Shown: one piece after another, positions 1-9,771 of the stretch | How positions within the stretch are numbered: the stretch's first letter is position 1 | How the letters are laid out: each line of letters opens with the position of its first letter | Source of the DNA: Wolbachia endosymbiont of Dirofilaria (Dirofilaria) immitis | Lineage (GTDB): Bacteria > Pseudomonadota > Alphaproteobacteria > Rickettsiales > Anaplasmataceae | Assembly (NCBI RefSeq): GCF_013365455.1 | Contig: NZ_CP046578.1 | Coordinates: 1 to 32,000, forward strand | DNA length: 32,000 bases | Direction: 5' to 3' | Made by a program: the position numbers and the translations under genes | Notes under the pieces: model-generated | What the model was told of the DNA's origin: nothing | What the model saw: only the letters and a program-made list of their open reading frames with translations | Database searches by the model: none

Positions 1-32
1 ATCCTTTCCCTCAAAGTCCTTTTTTTGCTCAA
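1..32 (-). CDS. possible 5' end of a divergent gene running off the left edge (reads M/L-SKKRTLRER... from a TTG at 32..30)
   Basis: Minus strand reads AGGAAGCAAC-TTG-AGC-AAA-AAA-AGG-ACT-TTG-AGG-GAA-AGG, with an SD-like AGGA upstream. Only about 10 codons are visible. A divergent CBS-domain/COG1253 gene next to hemE would fit the Wolbachia origin neighbourhood. Confidence 0.3.
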   Translation of the reverse strand, partial: MSKKRTLRER

Positions 33-107
33 GTTGCTTCCTATAACAGACAAAATGTTTTCATATTAGATTTATCAAGGAAACTGTTGTCAAATATTTA
101 ATAAGCA

Positions 108-116
108 TGTGAATAA
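108..116 (-). promoter_or_regulatory. DnaA box TTATTCACA
   Basis: + strand TGTGAATAA; exact match to TTATNCACA. Confidence 0.65.
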
Positions 117-155
117 CACTAAATTAATCTGTGAATTTCATGTTGATATAAGATA

Positions 156-170
156 TTAACAGCTCCTTAA
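156..170. promoter_or_regulatory. CtrA-type site TTAACAGCTCCTTAA (TTAA-N7-TTAA)
   Basis: Exact half-sites with 7-nt spacing. Confidence 0.55.
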
Positions 171-265
171 CAACTTTTTCACCAGCATATACATAGTTGT
201 ACAGCAGTGTGCAACTGAAAAAAAATTTTCACAAAGAGAGATTACTAACAATCTAAACATTCTAC

Positions 266-274
266 TTATGCACA
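266..274 (+). promoter_or_regulatory. DnaA box TTATGCACA
   Basis: Exact match to TTATNCACA. Confidence 0.5.
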
Positions 275-320
275 TAAATTATAACAGAAAGTCAATAGTA
301 TATAAAAGTTATTAACACAC

Positions 321-329
321 TTATTCACA
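321..329 (+). promoter_or_regulatory. DnaA box TTATTCACA
   Basis: Exact match to TTATNCACA. Confidence 0.65.
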
Positions 330-393
330 AATTAGGTAAAGAAAATCTTCACCTACCTCTAGGCTAGTAATAAACTATTGAGAAATCTACTAT

Positions 394-411
394 AATATAT
401 ATATATATATT
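394..411. repeat. (AT)n dinucleotide tract directly before the hemE start
   Basis: Uninterrupted AT/TA repeat ending about 3 nt before ATG 414. Confidence 0.85.
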
Positions 412-413
412 GT

Positions 414-1460
414 ATGAAAGAGATAAATGAGTCTGCTAAATCAATAGTTGATGAAACAATAATAGCAAAGATCATCAAAAGAGGTGAACGATGTGAAAGG
501 ATTCCTATTTGGCTAATGCGCCAGGCTGGTAGGTCCCTTCCTGAGTACCGCAGGACAATGAAAGGCGTAAATAACCTAATGAAAGTATGCTATGATACAG
601 ATCTGATTGTAGAACTAACATTGCAGCCTATAGCAAGGTTCAATATGGATGCAGCTATAATTTTTTCAGATATTTTAGTGATAGCTGATGTTTTAGGTTG
701 TGATGTAAATTTTATACGTGGTATAGGTCCAATAATAAAGTCTATAGAAAGCTCTGAGGAGTTAAGTAGTTCACATGAAATTGAAACTAGAACTTTGCCC
801 ATTCTGAATGCCATAAAGAAGATAAGGGGTAAGTTACCGAAAGAAAAGTCTCTTATAGGATTTGCTGGGGGACCATGGACAGTAGCTTCATATATCGTGG
901 AAGGTGGAAGTAGTAAAGCCTTCTCTAAAGTGTTAAATTTTTGTCCTTTAAACTTAGAGAGAATAATTGAACGAATAACAGAAGCAACAATTATTTACCT
1001 GATTAAGCAAATAGAGTCTGGAGTAGATGTTATTCAATTGTTTGATAGTAATGCTGGTATCCTTTCAGAAAAATTATTTGAAAAGTATGTTATTGAACCG
1101 ACAAGGAAAATTGTCTTAGCAATAAAGAATAAGTTTCCTGCTTTTCCAATAATAGGTTTTCTAAAGTCTGCTGCTGGAAGGTTTTACAAGGATTATTATG
1201 AACAGACAAATATATCTGCAATAAGTATAGGTTATGGGATCCCAATAGAATGGGCAAAAGAAAATTTAGGTGTCCCTTTGCAAGGTAATCTCAATCCTAG
1301 TCTTTTAGCCTATGATCGAGTAGAGGCAATTAAAGAGGCAAGGTGCATAATGGATTGTTTTAGAGATTTACCTTTTATATTTAATCTTGGGCATGGAGTG
1401 CTTCCTGATACTCCGATTGAAAATATTGCTGCATTAGTGAACCTAGTAAAAAACTATTAA
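414..1460 (+). CDS. hemE: uroporphyrinogen decarboxylase
   Basis: 348 aa; N-terminal [16 protein letters not shown], plus [16 protein letters not shown] and [12 protein letters not shown] motifs. Confidence 0.96.
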   Translation: MKEINESAKSIVDETIIAKIIKRGERCERIPIWLMRQAGRSLPEYRRTMKGVNNLMKVCYDTDLIVELTLQPIARFNMDAAIIFSDILVIADVLGCDVNFIRGIGPIIKSIESSEELSSSHEIETRTLPILNAIKKIRGKLPKEKSLIGFAGGPWTVASYIVEGGSSKAFSKVLNFCPLNLERIIERITEATIIYLIKQIESGVDVIQLFDSNAGILSEKLFEKYVIEPTRKIVLAIKNKFPAFPIIGFLKSAAGRFYKDYYEQTNISAISIGYGIPIEWAKENLGVPLQGNLNPSLLAYDRVEAIKEARCIMDCFRDLPFIFNLGHGVLPDTPIENIAALVNLVKNY

Positions 1461-1465
1461 TACAA

Positions 1466-1491
1466 CAGCAAAATTTCTGGCTTTTTTGCTG
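1466..1491 (+). terminator. weak hairpin CAGCAAAA-N10-TTTTGCTG between hemE and the aminotransferase
   Basis: Perfect 8-bp inverted repeat; AT-rich, so function is uncertain. Confidence 0.35.
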
Positions 1492-1493
1492 AA

Positions 1494-2723
1494 TTGAGTC
1501 TATCATTTAGATTTGGTTTCAGTGAGATTATGTTAGAACTTGCGAAGAGAATGTCCCTGATAAAACTATCACCTACAGTTGCTGTAACTGATAAGGTCAA
1601 CAGGTTGAAAAGTGAAGGGAAAAAGATCTGTATTTTAGCTGCAGGAGAACCAGATTTTGATACTCCAGGTCATGTGAAGAAAGCAGCTATTCAAGCAATG
1701 AATGAAGGTAAAACTAAGTATACTGCTGTTGATGGAACGCGTGAACTTAAGGAAGCAATAATTAACAAGTTAAAAAGAGATAATAATCTTGAATATACAC
1801 TTAGTCAGGTCTGTGTTGGCGCTGGTGCTAAGCAAGTTCTGTTTAACTTATTTATGGCAACAATTAATCCTGGAGATGAAGCTATAATTCCGGCTCCTTG
1901 CTGGGTTTCATACGTTGATATGGTGAGCCTTTTTGATGGCTTACCAGTTGTGGTGGAGTGCAAGAAAAACTTTAAATTGACATCAGAGTTATTGAAAAAT
2001 AAAATAACTAAGAAAACTAAGTGGCTAATTCTTAACTCACCAAACAATCCGGCTGGGGTTGTATATACATATGATGAACTAAGAGAAATAGCACAAATGT
2101 TGCTTGAACACCCACACGTGAATGTTGTCACGGATGATATTTATGAGCACATAGTGTATGATGAGAAATTTTTTACTATTGCTCAGGTTGAGCCAAGGCT
2201 CTATGACAGAGTTTTTGTAGTTAATGGAGTATCAAAAGCTTATGCAATGACAGGTTGGAGAATAGGTTATGTTGCGGGTAGTAGTGATGTAATAAAAGCT
2301 ATTTCTATCCTACAATCTCAGAGCACTTCCAATCCAAATTCAATAGCACAGGCTGCGGCGGTTGAAGCATTAAATGGTAGTCATGGGTTTTTGAAGGAAA
2401 GAGTAAGAATTTTAAAGAATCGTAGAAATTTTATGGTTAAAAAATTAGGTTCTGTTCCAGGATTATCGATGTTTATTCCACAAGGTGCATTTTATTTGTT
2501 TATTTCATGTGAAGGTTTATTAGGTAAGAGCACAAAAAGTGGTAGAATAATAAATAGTGACCTTGACTTTGCTGAATATTTGTTAGAAGATTATCTAGTT
2601 GCTGTGATTCCAGGGGTTGCATTTAGTTTAAAAAACTTTATTAGGGTCTCTTATGCAACTTCTCAGGAACAGCTAGAAATTGGTTGTAATAGTATTGTAA
2701 AAGCATGTGAGATGCTAAGTTGA
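1494..2723 (+). CDS. aatA: aspartate/aromatic aminotransferase, class I; the 1494 start is TTG and the real start is more likely ATG 1530 or 1551
   Basis: AGEPDFDTPGHVK, NSPNNPAGVVY, DDIYEHIVYD and NGVSKAYAMTGWRIGY (PLP lysine) motifs; 8-bp hairpin overlaps the area just before 1494. Confidence 0.93.
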   Translation: MSLSFRFGFSEIMLELAKRMSLIKLSPTVAVTDKVNRLKSEGKKICILAAGEPDFDTPGHVKKAAIQAMNEGKTKYTAVDGTRELKEAIINKLKRDNNLEYTLSQVCVGAGAKQVLFNLFMATINPGDEAIIPAPCWVSYVDMVSLFDGLPVVVECKKNFKLTSELLKNKITKKTKWLILNSPNNPAGVVYTYDELREIAQMLLEHPHVNVVTDDIYEHIVYDEKFFTIAQVEPRLYDRVFVVNGVSKAYAMTGWRIGYVAGSSDVIKAISILQSQSTSNPNSIAQAAAVEALNGSHGFLKERVRILKNRRNFMVKKLGSVPGLSMFIPQGAFYLFISCEGLLGKSTKSGRIINSDLDFAEYLLEDYLVAVIPGVAFSLKNFIRVSYATSQEQLEIGCNSIVKACEMLS

Positions 2724-3063
2724 CTCTCTATTTGCTTTTCGTATCAATAAAACAAGTCTGATAGGGTATATTTAGTGTTTTTGAGCTTGCTTTAGATAAG
2801 AGGTGCATAGGCTTCCAGCTCTCTAAAATGTAGTAACGGCTTTATTCTCATTATGCATGTAGTAGCATGCTGTCCTGGTTTACTATTTTATAGATCTTTG
2901 TTTTTTATTGTTTGTAATAATGATAAAAGTAATATTTTTTAATGGTCAAGTTAGTTTTAGACGTTTACTTTTCCTCGCCTTGGCAATATTGGATATTATA
3001 TAAATTTGAAGATTTTTACTAATAAATGATTGAAAGCTTCAATATCTGATGTTTAGCAGAAGC

Positions 3064-3287
3064 CTAAATGAATTTTTTATTAAACTTTAGATCTTTATCA
3101 TAGCGTTTTACTTGACTTGCTGTAGGTTTCATTATCTCTTCCACGCTGTTTAAAAGTTCTCTATGTAATATTGTATTTGTTACCTGGTATGTGTGGCAAA
3201 TGTCTGCTTAATGTATTTTGTTGTATAATTTTGTAGCACATTGCCTATTATGCTCATACTCCTTATCTATTTTTGCTTTAGCATTAT
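3064..3287 (-). pseudogene. remnant of an unidentified coding sequence with an internal stop
   Basis: Minus strand reads NAKAKIDKEYEHNRQCATKLYNKIH*ADICHTYQVTNTILHRELLNSVEEIMKPTASQVKRYDKDLKFNKKFI*; protein-like composition interrupted by one stop. Confidence 0.4.
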
Positions 3288-3430
3288 GTTATTCTGTATG
3301 TAAGAAGATTAGTAGTTGGATAGTTATGGAGGTTTGACTTTGTTAAATTTCAATGAATTGGGAGAATATTTATAAAGATGTTGCTTTTAATGACTAAAAC
3401 ACCTACAATCCTAAATTTTAAACAAGTTTT

Positions 3431-4642
3431 ATGCCACGGAGGAATTTTTTAGTATGGGTGTTGGCATCACTGTTTTATGCATACCAATATGTGTTACGTG
3501 TGATTCCAAATATAATTGCGCCCGAGTTAATGACGAAGTTTAATGTAAATGTAGTTGATATTGGTCAATTTAGCGGCTTATACTATGTAGGTTATACATT
3601 AGCTCATATACCTGTTGGTCTTTTTCTTGATAGGTCTGGGCTAAAGTTTGTTTTGCCTATATGTACTATTTTGACATTTGTTGGAACGCTGCCACTTATA
3701 TGTTTTGATAGATGGTATCCTTCAATACTTGGTAGAATAATCGTTGGAATTGGGTCATCTGCTTCAGCAATTGGGATCTTTAAAGTTGCAAGTACGTATT
3801 TCTCTCGAGAAAGATCAGCAAGAATGGCCAGTTTATCTATGATAATAGGATTGCTGGGGGCTATTTGTGGCGGATTGCCTCTAGATTTTTTACTTGATAA
3901 ATTTGGTTGGGATTACGTTATATATGCTTTTTCAGCATTTGGATGTTTGCTCGCTTTGTCGTTATTCTTTATAATACCTAGTAATGATATACAAGAAAAT
4001 GTAGATGGCAGTATACTTCGAGACTTAAAGACTGTACTTTGTAATAAACACATTGTTTTAATTAGCTTTTTTAGTAGCTTAATGATTGGTCCGTTAGAAG
4101 GTTTTGCTGATGGTTGGGCAAGAACATTCTTATGTGAAGTATATAAGGTAACAGAAGATTTAGCATCTTCTCTTTCTTCTTTTATATTTATAGGTTTTGG
4201 AGCTGGAGTATTCTTTTTGGCCTTCTTACTAGAAAGATATCCAAGTAGACATTATGAGGTGATTATTACATGTTCTCTTGCAATGCTTGTTAGCTTCATC
4301 TTACTTTTTATGCAGTCTGGTGGTTTGTATATTGTGCTTCCTGCACTTCTTATTATTGGCTTTGCATCTGGATATCAGGTAATTACTATTTATAAAGCAA
4401 TAAGCTATATAACTAATAATTTGGTAGGCTTGGCTACGGCTGTTTCAAACATGATAATTATGATGTTCGGCTATTTTTTTCATATTGGAATTGCAAAAAT
4501 AGTAAATTTTTATTGGGATAAAACTTTAATACAAGGAAATCCTGTATATGGTCCTGAACTGTTGATAAAGGCAATGTCAGTTATTCCTATATGTCTACTT
4601 TTGGCTGTTTTCGGTTTTTTATGGTTAAAGAAATGTTCTTAA
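3431..4642 (+). CDS. major facilitator superfamily transporter
   Basis: 403 aa, about 12 hydrophobic segments, GLYYVGYTLAHIPVGLFLDRSGLKFVL; in-frame TAA at 3419 limits the start to 3431. Confidence 0.85.
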   Translation: MPRRNFLVWVLASLFYAYQYVLRVIPNIIAPELMTKFNVNVVDIGQFSGLYYVGYTLAHIPVGLFLDRSGLKFVLPICTILTFVGTLPLICFDRWYPSILGRIIVGIGSSASAIGIFKVASTYFSRERSARMASLSMIIGLLGAICGGLPLDFLLDKFGWDYVIYAFSAFGCLLALSLFFIIPSNDIQENVDGSILRDLKTVLCNKHIVLISFFSSLMIGPLEGFADGWARTFLCEVYKVTEDLASSLSSFIFIGFGAGVFFLAFLLERYPSRHYEVIITCSLAMLVSFILLFMQSGGLYIVLPALLIIGFASGYQVITIYKAISYITNNLVGLATAVSNMIIMMFGYFFHIGIAKIVNFYWDKTLIQGNPVYGPELLIKAMSVIPICLLLAVFGFLWLKKCS

Positions 4643-4698
4643 GATTACTTGTAGCTAGTATGTATTTTAGTATTATTGAGTTGAATTGGGTTTGATTT

Positions 4699-5976
4699 AT
4701 GAGAGGTGTTTCAAAGGGAGTTTTTGATATCAAGAATGATTTAAGGGTTTTTGATAGTAAAGTTTATTGGTCTATAGAGAAAGAATTACGGCGTCAAAGG
4801 TCACAGCTGCAATTGATTGCATCAGAAAATTTTACAAGTAGAGCAGTAATGGAAGCACAAGGTTCTTTTCTAACTAATAAATATGCAGAAGGTTATCCAG
4901 GTAAAAGATACTACTGTGGCTGTAGATATGTGGACGAAGTTGAAAATCTTGCCATGAAAAGACTTTGTAGGCTATTTGGTGTTAAATTTGCAAATGTTCA
5001 ACCTCATTCTGGTTCTCAGGCAAATCAAGCAGTGTTTGCTTCACTGCTTGATCCAGGTGATGTAATACTTGGCTTATCATTAAGCTGCGGTGGGCATTTA
5101 ACTCATGGTGCAGAGCCAAGTCTTTCTGGCAAATGGTTTAGGTCAATTCAGTATACAGTTAACCGGGACACTTATTTGCTCGATATGGATGAGGTAGAAA
5201 AATTAGCGTTTGAGTATAGACCAAAATTAATCATAGCTGGTGCTTCTGCTTATCCAAGAAGAATAGACTTTAAGCGTTTTCGTGAGATTGCGGATAAGGT
5301 TGATGCATATTTGCTTGCAGATATTGCTCACTACGCGGGGCTTATAGCAGTGGGTGAATATCCATCTCCTACTGAGTATGCACATATTATAACCTCAACA
5401 ACTCACAAAACTTTGCGTGGTCCTCGCGGTGGGGTAATAATGACAAATGATGAAGCATTGCATAGAAAAATTCAATCTGCAGTTTTTCCAGGATTACAAG
5501 GTGGACCACTTATGCATGTGATAGCTGCAAAAGCTGTTGCATTTAAAGAAGCATTATCACCAGAGTTTAAAATTTATAGCAGAAAAGTTGTTGAGAATGC
5601 TAAAGTACTGGCTCAAGCTCTGCAAAAGTATGGACTAAACATTGTAACTGGTGATACTGACTCTCATATGGTGCTAATTGACTTGAGATCACAGAAGTTA
5701 ACTGGAAAAGATGTTGTAGATAGTCTTGAGAGAGCTGGTATTATCTGCAATAAAAACTCTATACCATTTGATACGGAAAAGCCAACCATTACTTCAGGGC
5801 TGCGTTTTGGTACTGCTGCTGAAACAACACGTGGGCTGGGGGCAGAGAATTTTAAAGAAATAGCTAATCTAATAAATAAAGTAATTCATGGGCTAATCAG
5901 TGGAGATAGCTCAAATGTCGAAAAAACAGTGAAAAATGAAGTTGAAAAGATTTGTAATGATTTTTCTATTTATTAG
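4699..5976 (+). CDS. glyA: serine hydroxymethyltransferase
   Basis: [48 protein letters not shown] and [13 protein letters not shown] motifs. Confidence 0.97.
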   Translation: MRGVSKGVFDIKNDLRVFDSKVYWSIEKELRRQRSQLQLIASENFTSRAVMEAQGSFLTNKYAEGYPGKRYYCGCRYVDEVENLAMKRLCRLFGVKFANVQPHSGSQANQAVFASLLDPGDVILGLSLSCGGHLTHGAEPSLSGKWFRSIQYTVNRDTYLLDMDEVEKLAFEYRPKLIIAGASAYPRRIDFKRFREIADKVDAYLLADIAHYAGLIAVGEYPSPTEYAHIITSTTHKTLRGPRGGVIMTNDEALHRKIQSAVFPGLQGGPLMHVIAAKAVAFKEALSPEFKIYSRKVVENAKVLAQALQKYGLNIVTGDTDSHMVLIDLRSQKLTGKDVVDSLERAGIICNKNSIPFDTEKPTITSGLRFGTAAETTRGLGAENFKEIANLINKVIHGLISGDSSNVEKTVKNEVEKICNDFSIY

Positions 5977-6163
5977 ATGTAATAGTGTGTATTATATCAT
6001 CCTAATGTCAAGGTATAGCTGTACAGGTATTATGGCTGCAGGCTATTTTTGTAATAGATAGGATTTGTTCTATGGCTTAACTATGTGGTCTAGTTTTTTT
6101 TGAAAAAACTAACTCCAGCATCACAGCTAAAATAAATGTTGTATATTGTCTGAGTTACCCTTA

Positions 6164-6625
6164 TCAGTCCCAGGAAAGTAGCTCAATTTTTATTAATTGG
6201 AACCTTAAAGGTTGTTGCGATGTTGCTTCTTTTGTAGTGACCTTTGAATCCATTGATTCTTTAGCATTGACTTCAATTCTGATGGCATTTTGAAATATTA
6301 TGTTGTCTGCTAAAACACTTTTACTGTAGTCTGTAAGTCTGTATTTTCTGCTATAGCTTTTATAAGTCTGTATCACTTTTGTAAGATCTGTTTCTTCTGT
6401 TTCTAATGAGGGTCTTTACTATTTCTATAATAAGTAAATTTTTTAAAGCTGCATCTAAATCGTTCATATTATATTCTTTTTTTAATACTAGCATTAAGAC
6501 TCTGTATTTATTCTTTCTTTTCCTCTATGCTTAGGATACATTTGTATATTTGCCTTATCTTCTAGAAGAATAATTTTGACTTTACCTGGATTTGTTGCAT
6601 TAGTTATTTTGCTTTATGTTTTGAA
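6164..6625 (-). pseudogene. frameshifted unidentified coding sequence in about three segments
   Basis: Minus strand reads KITNATNPGKVKIILLEDKANIQMYPKHRGKERINTES*, then in a second frame KNKYRVLMLVLKKEYNMNDLDAALKNLLIIEIVKTLIRN, then in a third frame PSLETEETDLTKVIQTYKSYSRKYRLTDYSKSVLADNIIFQNAIRIEVNAKESMDSKVTTKEATSQQPLRFQLIKIELLSWD*. Confidence 0.45.
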
Positions 6626-7343
6626 GTTTATATTCACTTTTTTTATTTATAAGATAACAATATACTTAATGTTTCACTTACTGTTTCTGATTCTAGGATT
6701 TAGTTTATATGTGTATTTTTAATAAAGGCTAGTTAATAGATTTTCTTACTTAAAGATGAGAAGTAAAATTATTTTTGGCGTCATTCTTGTTCGCTATTTT
6801 TTTCAGTAGTGTACTTTTTGAGAAAAAAATTGAGTGGTTCATAGCAACGATGCACTGGTAGTTTCTCAGTAAAGATTTAGGAGTAGGTGGTAAAAGATTG
6901 CTGCTGTTCATTTTAACGGTAAAGGTGTGAAAAAGAACGATCTAGTATTAAGGATAGATGATTTTTGATTAAGTTAACAAGTTGAAAAAAGTCAGGGCGC
7001 TTTTAAAGCAAACATGAAATTTAATATGCTTTCTCTATTAAGCTAGTGAAAAGGCTACAGAGTATAGATATAGGTAGTTTCTACTGTGTTGTAAAGTGTG
7101 TAAAAGTTAATTCAAAAAGACTAGAGCTAAACTTGAAAAGTATTGCAATTAAATTTCCTATTAATGGTCATAAGGTTATTATATGTATATTATAATGAAT
7201 GAACAACTGTCTACTACATGATTCATTTTGCCTTTTTCTCATTTAGTAAACTTCTTAAGCATCAAAGTAATTTAAAGGCATGCAGCGTGTTTATAAAAAA
7301 TACTAGTATTATATAGTTGGACAGCTAAATTACCTTTTCCTGT

Positions 7344-8318
7344 TTAATTTAAGTTATTCAAGAAGTTCTTACTAAAAAAATTGACTATACTTTCCTTTAC
7401 TTCTATGCTGTCTGTCATATTATTTACTCTCATACGAAATTCAGATGAATTTTTAAGCCCAGTACTATACCATCCTATATGTTTGCGGGCCATTTTTATC
7501 CCTATATCGTTTCCGTAATATTCAAGGATACTATCATAATGTTTAAGTATTATACTTAATTTTTCTGAGATTGTTGGCTCGGAGATTTTTCTTCCACTTA
7601 TAAAATTTATTGCTTGATTAATCAGCCAAGGTTTGCCGTAAGTACCACGACCTATCATTACTCCGTCTGCTTCAGATTCCTTGAGAGCTCTCTGAATGTC
7701 GATCAAATTTTTAATGTCACCGTTTACTATAACCGGAATTTTTACTTGCTCTTTAACATTTTTAACAAATTTCCAATCTGCCTGGCCATTGTAAAATTGT
7801 GCTCTTGTTCTTCCGTGAATGGTTATCATTTTTACACCTAAGTCCTCTGCAATTTTTGCTAAACGTGGAGCATTGCGACTTTTATCATTCCATCCAGTGC
7901 GCATTTTCACTGTGACTGGTATATCAACTGCTTTAACTACAGCTTCGATTATTTCAGCAGCCTTTTTTTCGTCGCGCATTAGTGCTGATCCTGCATAGCC
8001 ATTTGCAACTTTTTTAACTGGGCATCCAAAGTTTATATCTATGATTTTTGCACCCATATCCTTATTTAGTTTTGCGGCTTCTGCAATTATATCTGGCTCA
8101 CACCCAGCAAGTTGCACAGCAGTTAATTCATCAATTTTCGCTTTTTGCATACTCTGGCGAGTATGTAAAATCATGGCTCTGCTTGCAATCATTTCTGAAA
8201 CTAACAAACTTGCACCGAGTTTCTTTACAATGCTTCTAAATGGATAATCAGTTACCCCAGACATTGGTGCTAAAATTACTGGAGAATTGATCTCCAAATT
8301 TCCTATTTGGAGAGGCAT
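7344..8318 (-). CDS. dusB: tRNA-dihydrouridine synthase
   Basis: [42 protein letters not shown] and [14 protein letters not shown] motifs. Confidence 0.96.
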   Translation of the reverse strand: MPLQIGNLEINSPVILAPMSGVTDYPFRSIVKKLGASLLVSEMIASRAMILHTRQSMQKAKIDELTAVQLAGCEPDIIAEAAKLNKDMGAKIIDINFGCPVKKVANGYAGSALMRDEKKAAEIIEAVVKAVDIPVTVKMRTGWNDKSRNAPRLAKIAEDLGVKMITIHGRTRAQFYNGQADWKFVKNVKEQVKIPVIVNGDIKNLIDIQRALKESEADGVMIGRGTYGKPWLINQAINFISGRKISEPTISEKLSIILKHYDSILEYYGNDIGIKMARKHIGWYSTGLKNSSEFRMRVNNMTDSIEVKESIVNFFSKNFLNNLN

Positions 8319-8334
8319 AAGATTTTTTTTTTAA

Positions 8335-9675
8335 TCACGTAATGCTGCACCAACTTACCTTTTCTTTTTTTGAAGTAGAATACAAGGATGTTTGTACTCC
8401 TGGTAAGAGCTCACATAGCAGCCCATTTTTCAAGTCTTCTTTCCATTGTTTATCTTGCATTAGTGCTTCTGCAAACTCTCTTCTTTTCTTATTTAAGTCA
8501 AATTTATATTTTGATAACTCTTTGTCAATTTCATCAAATGATTTGCCTTCACTAAGCTTTTGTGTAATTTTATGAGCGTTTTCTAATGCGAATATTCCAC
8601 AGTTGTAATCATCGTTTTGCTGCTTAATCAAGGAATTTCTTATATTATTACTCTCTATTTTTAAAGCTGCTTCTAGTGCGCTTACTATACTGTCAGTGTT
8701 TATTGGAATGTTAACTAACTCATCTTTTTTATTTCGACACATTTGTGCTGTTTTTTGGACATCTTTACCCATTTCTTTTTTTCCTTGTGCATTCAGCTCA
8801 CTAGCTTGTTTACTGAGGGGTGTAACTAATTCATTTTTAATTTTATTTGCATTTTCTATATTATTACGTTGACTACCAGAACGCGGTAATTTGACTCTAA
8901 AAGAATCACAGTAATAAGCTATAAATTGTTTATTACTTGAATTATATGCAATAACTAGCGTAGTCCAATGATGATTTCCTAAATTTATCACTGAAGTGAA
9001 CATTGCTTTTTGATCCTTCTGCTCTACCTTATTTTTGTATTCTATTAGCCTTTCATTCAAAGTTTCGAGGTTGCCAGGAATACAAAAGGATATATAGTCA
9101 TCTGAGCTTTCTGTATAATTATATACAGCTCTTGCAATATGAGCAATATCATGTTGCTGTAGCCAGTAGGCATAATTTTCTCTATTTGTCTGATGTACAA
9201 GTGTTGGTAAATTTTCGTAAAGCGTTTTACAACTTAAATTGTTGTCCTTTGAAGTAGTGAAACTTCTATAACTGCTATTCTCTAATCTGTGTTCACTATC
9301 TGATGCGGTGTTGCTATTTCCATCTGAGACTTTTTGCCCATTTCGCTCTCTTTCTTTTTTGTTAATAAAGCCTTTGATTAAGTTGTATAAAGTCTTGACA
9401 GCTATCTTGCATATTACTGTAAGAACTATTCCTATCGTAATCCAAATTATTGGATGAAAAATTAGTGCAACAAGTGGTAAGGTTAAAAAAGGAGATCCTA
9501 CTATCAACCCTAAATAGCCAATAGGAAGCGTAGCTAACAGGTATGTACCAAAGACGTAAATAGTAAGTCTACTACCACCAGCTTTGAGTTTATTGTATTT
9601 TTTTATGATGTCTAACATATTAGTTATATAGATACTGGTTAACTGAATTTTGATAAATTCTAAAAATAAAGTCAA
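8335..9675 (-). CDS. membrane-anchored Ulp1/C48-like cysteine protease domain protein; likely start MLDIIKKYNK at about 9618
   Basis: N-terminal hydrophobic helices (IYVFGTYLLATLPIGYLGLIVG... PLVALIFHPIIWITIGIVLTVICKI), then NLGNHHWTTLVIAY (His), FIAYYCDSF (Asp), and LIKQQNDDYNCGIFALENA (Gln/Cys), in the order expected for C48 peptidases. Confidence 0.75.
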   Translation of the reverse strand: MTLFLEFIKIQLTSIYITNMLDIIKKYNKLKAGGSRLTIYVFGTYLLATLPIGYLGLIVGSPFLTLPLVALIFHPIIWITIGIVLTVICKIAVKTLYNLIKGFINKKERERNGQKVSDGNSNTASDSEHRLENSSYRSFTTSKDNNLSCKTLYENLPTLVHQTNRENYAYWLQQHDIAHIARAVYNYTESSDDYISFCIPGNLETLNERLIEYKNKVEQKDQKAMFTSVINLGNHHWTTLVIAYNSSNKQFIAYYCDSFRVKLPRSGSQRNNIENANKIKNELVTPLSKQASELNAQGKKEMGKDVQKTAQMCRNKKDELVNIPINTDSIVSALEAALKIESNNIRNSLIKQQNDDYNCGIFALENAHKITQKLSEGKSFDEIDKELSKYKFDLNKKRREFAEALMQDKQWKEDLKNGLLCELLPGVQTSLYSTSKKEKVSWCSIT

Positions 9676-9771
9676 TTGTGCTAATCTTAGCGTTTGTTAG
9701 CAATATGAGCAAAAATATTGAGTGTTAAAGGTTTTTAAGATACAGTAACAATGCTAGTAATATTGTAATAT

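Larger units (their letters stand above)
33..413. other. candidate chromosomal replication origin region (oriC)
   Basis: AT-rich non-coding block upstream of hemE with DnaA boxes at 108-116 (-), 266-274 (+) and 321-329 (+), plus a CtrA-type TTAA-N7-TTAA at 156-170. Confidence 0.7.

Noticed and set aside
136-148. IHF binding site in the origin region
   Set aside because: Best candidate around TTTCATGTTGATA deviates from the consensus at two positions, too weak to call.
3390-3452. Short ORF MTKTPTILNFKQVLCHGGIF overlapping the MFS start
   Set aside because: Only about 20 codons, out of frame with the transporter, no independent support.
8335-9675. Ulp1-like gene as part of a cytoplasmic-incompatibility (cidA-cidB/cif) operon
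   Set aside because: No CifA-like ORF next to it; neighbours are dusB and serS; the protein is far shorter than CidB-type proteins and carries N-terminal membrane segments.
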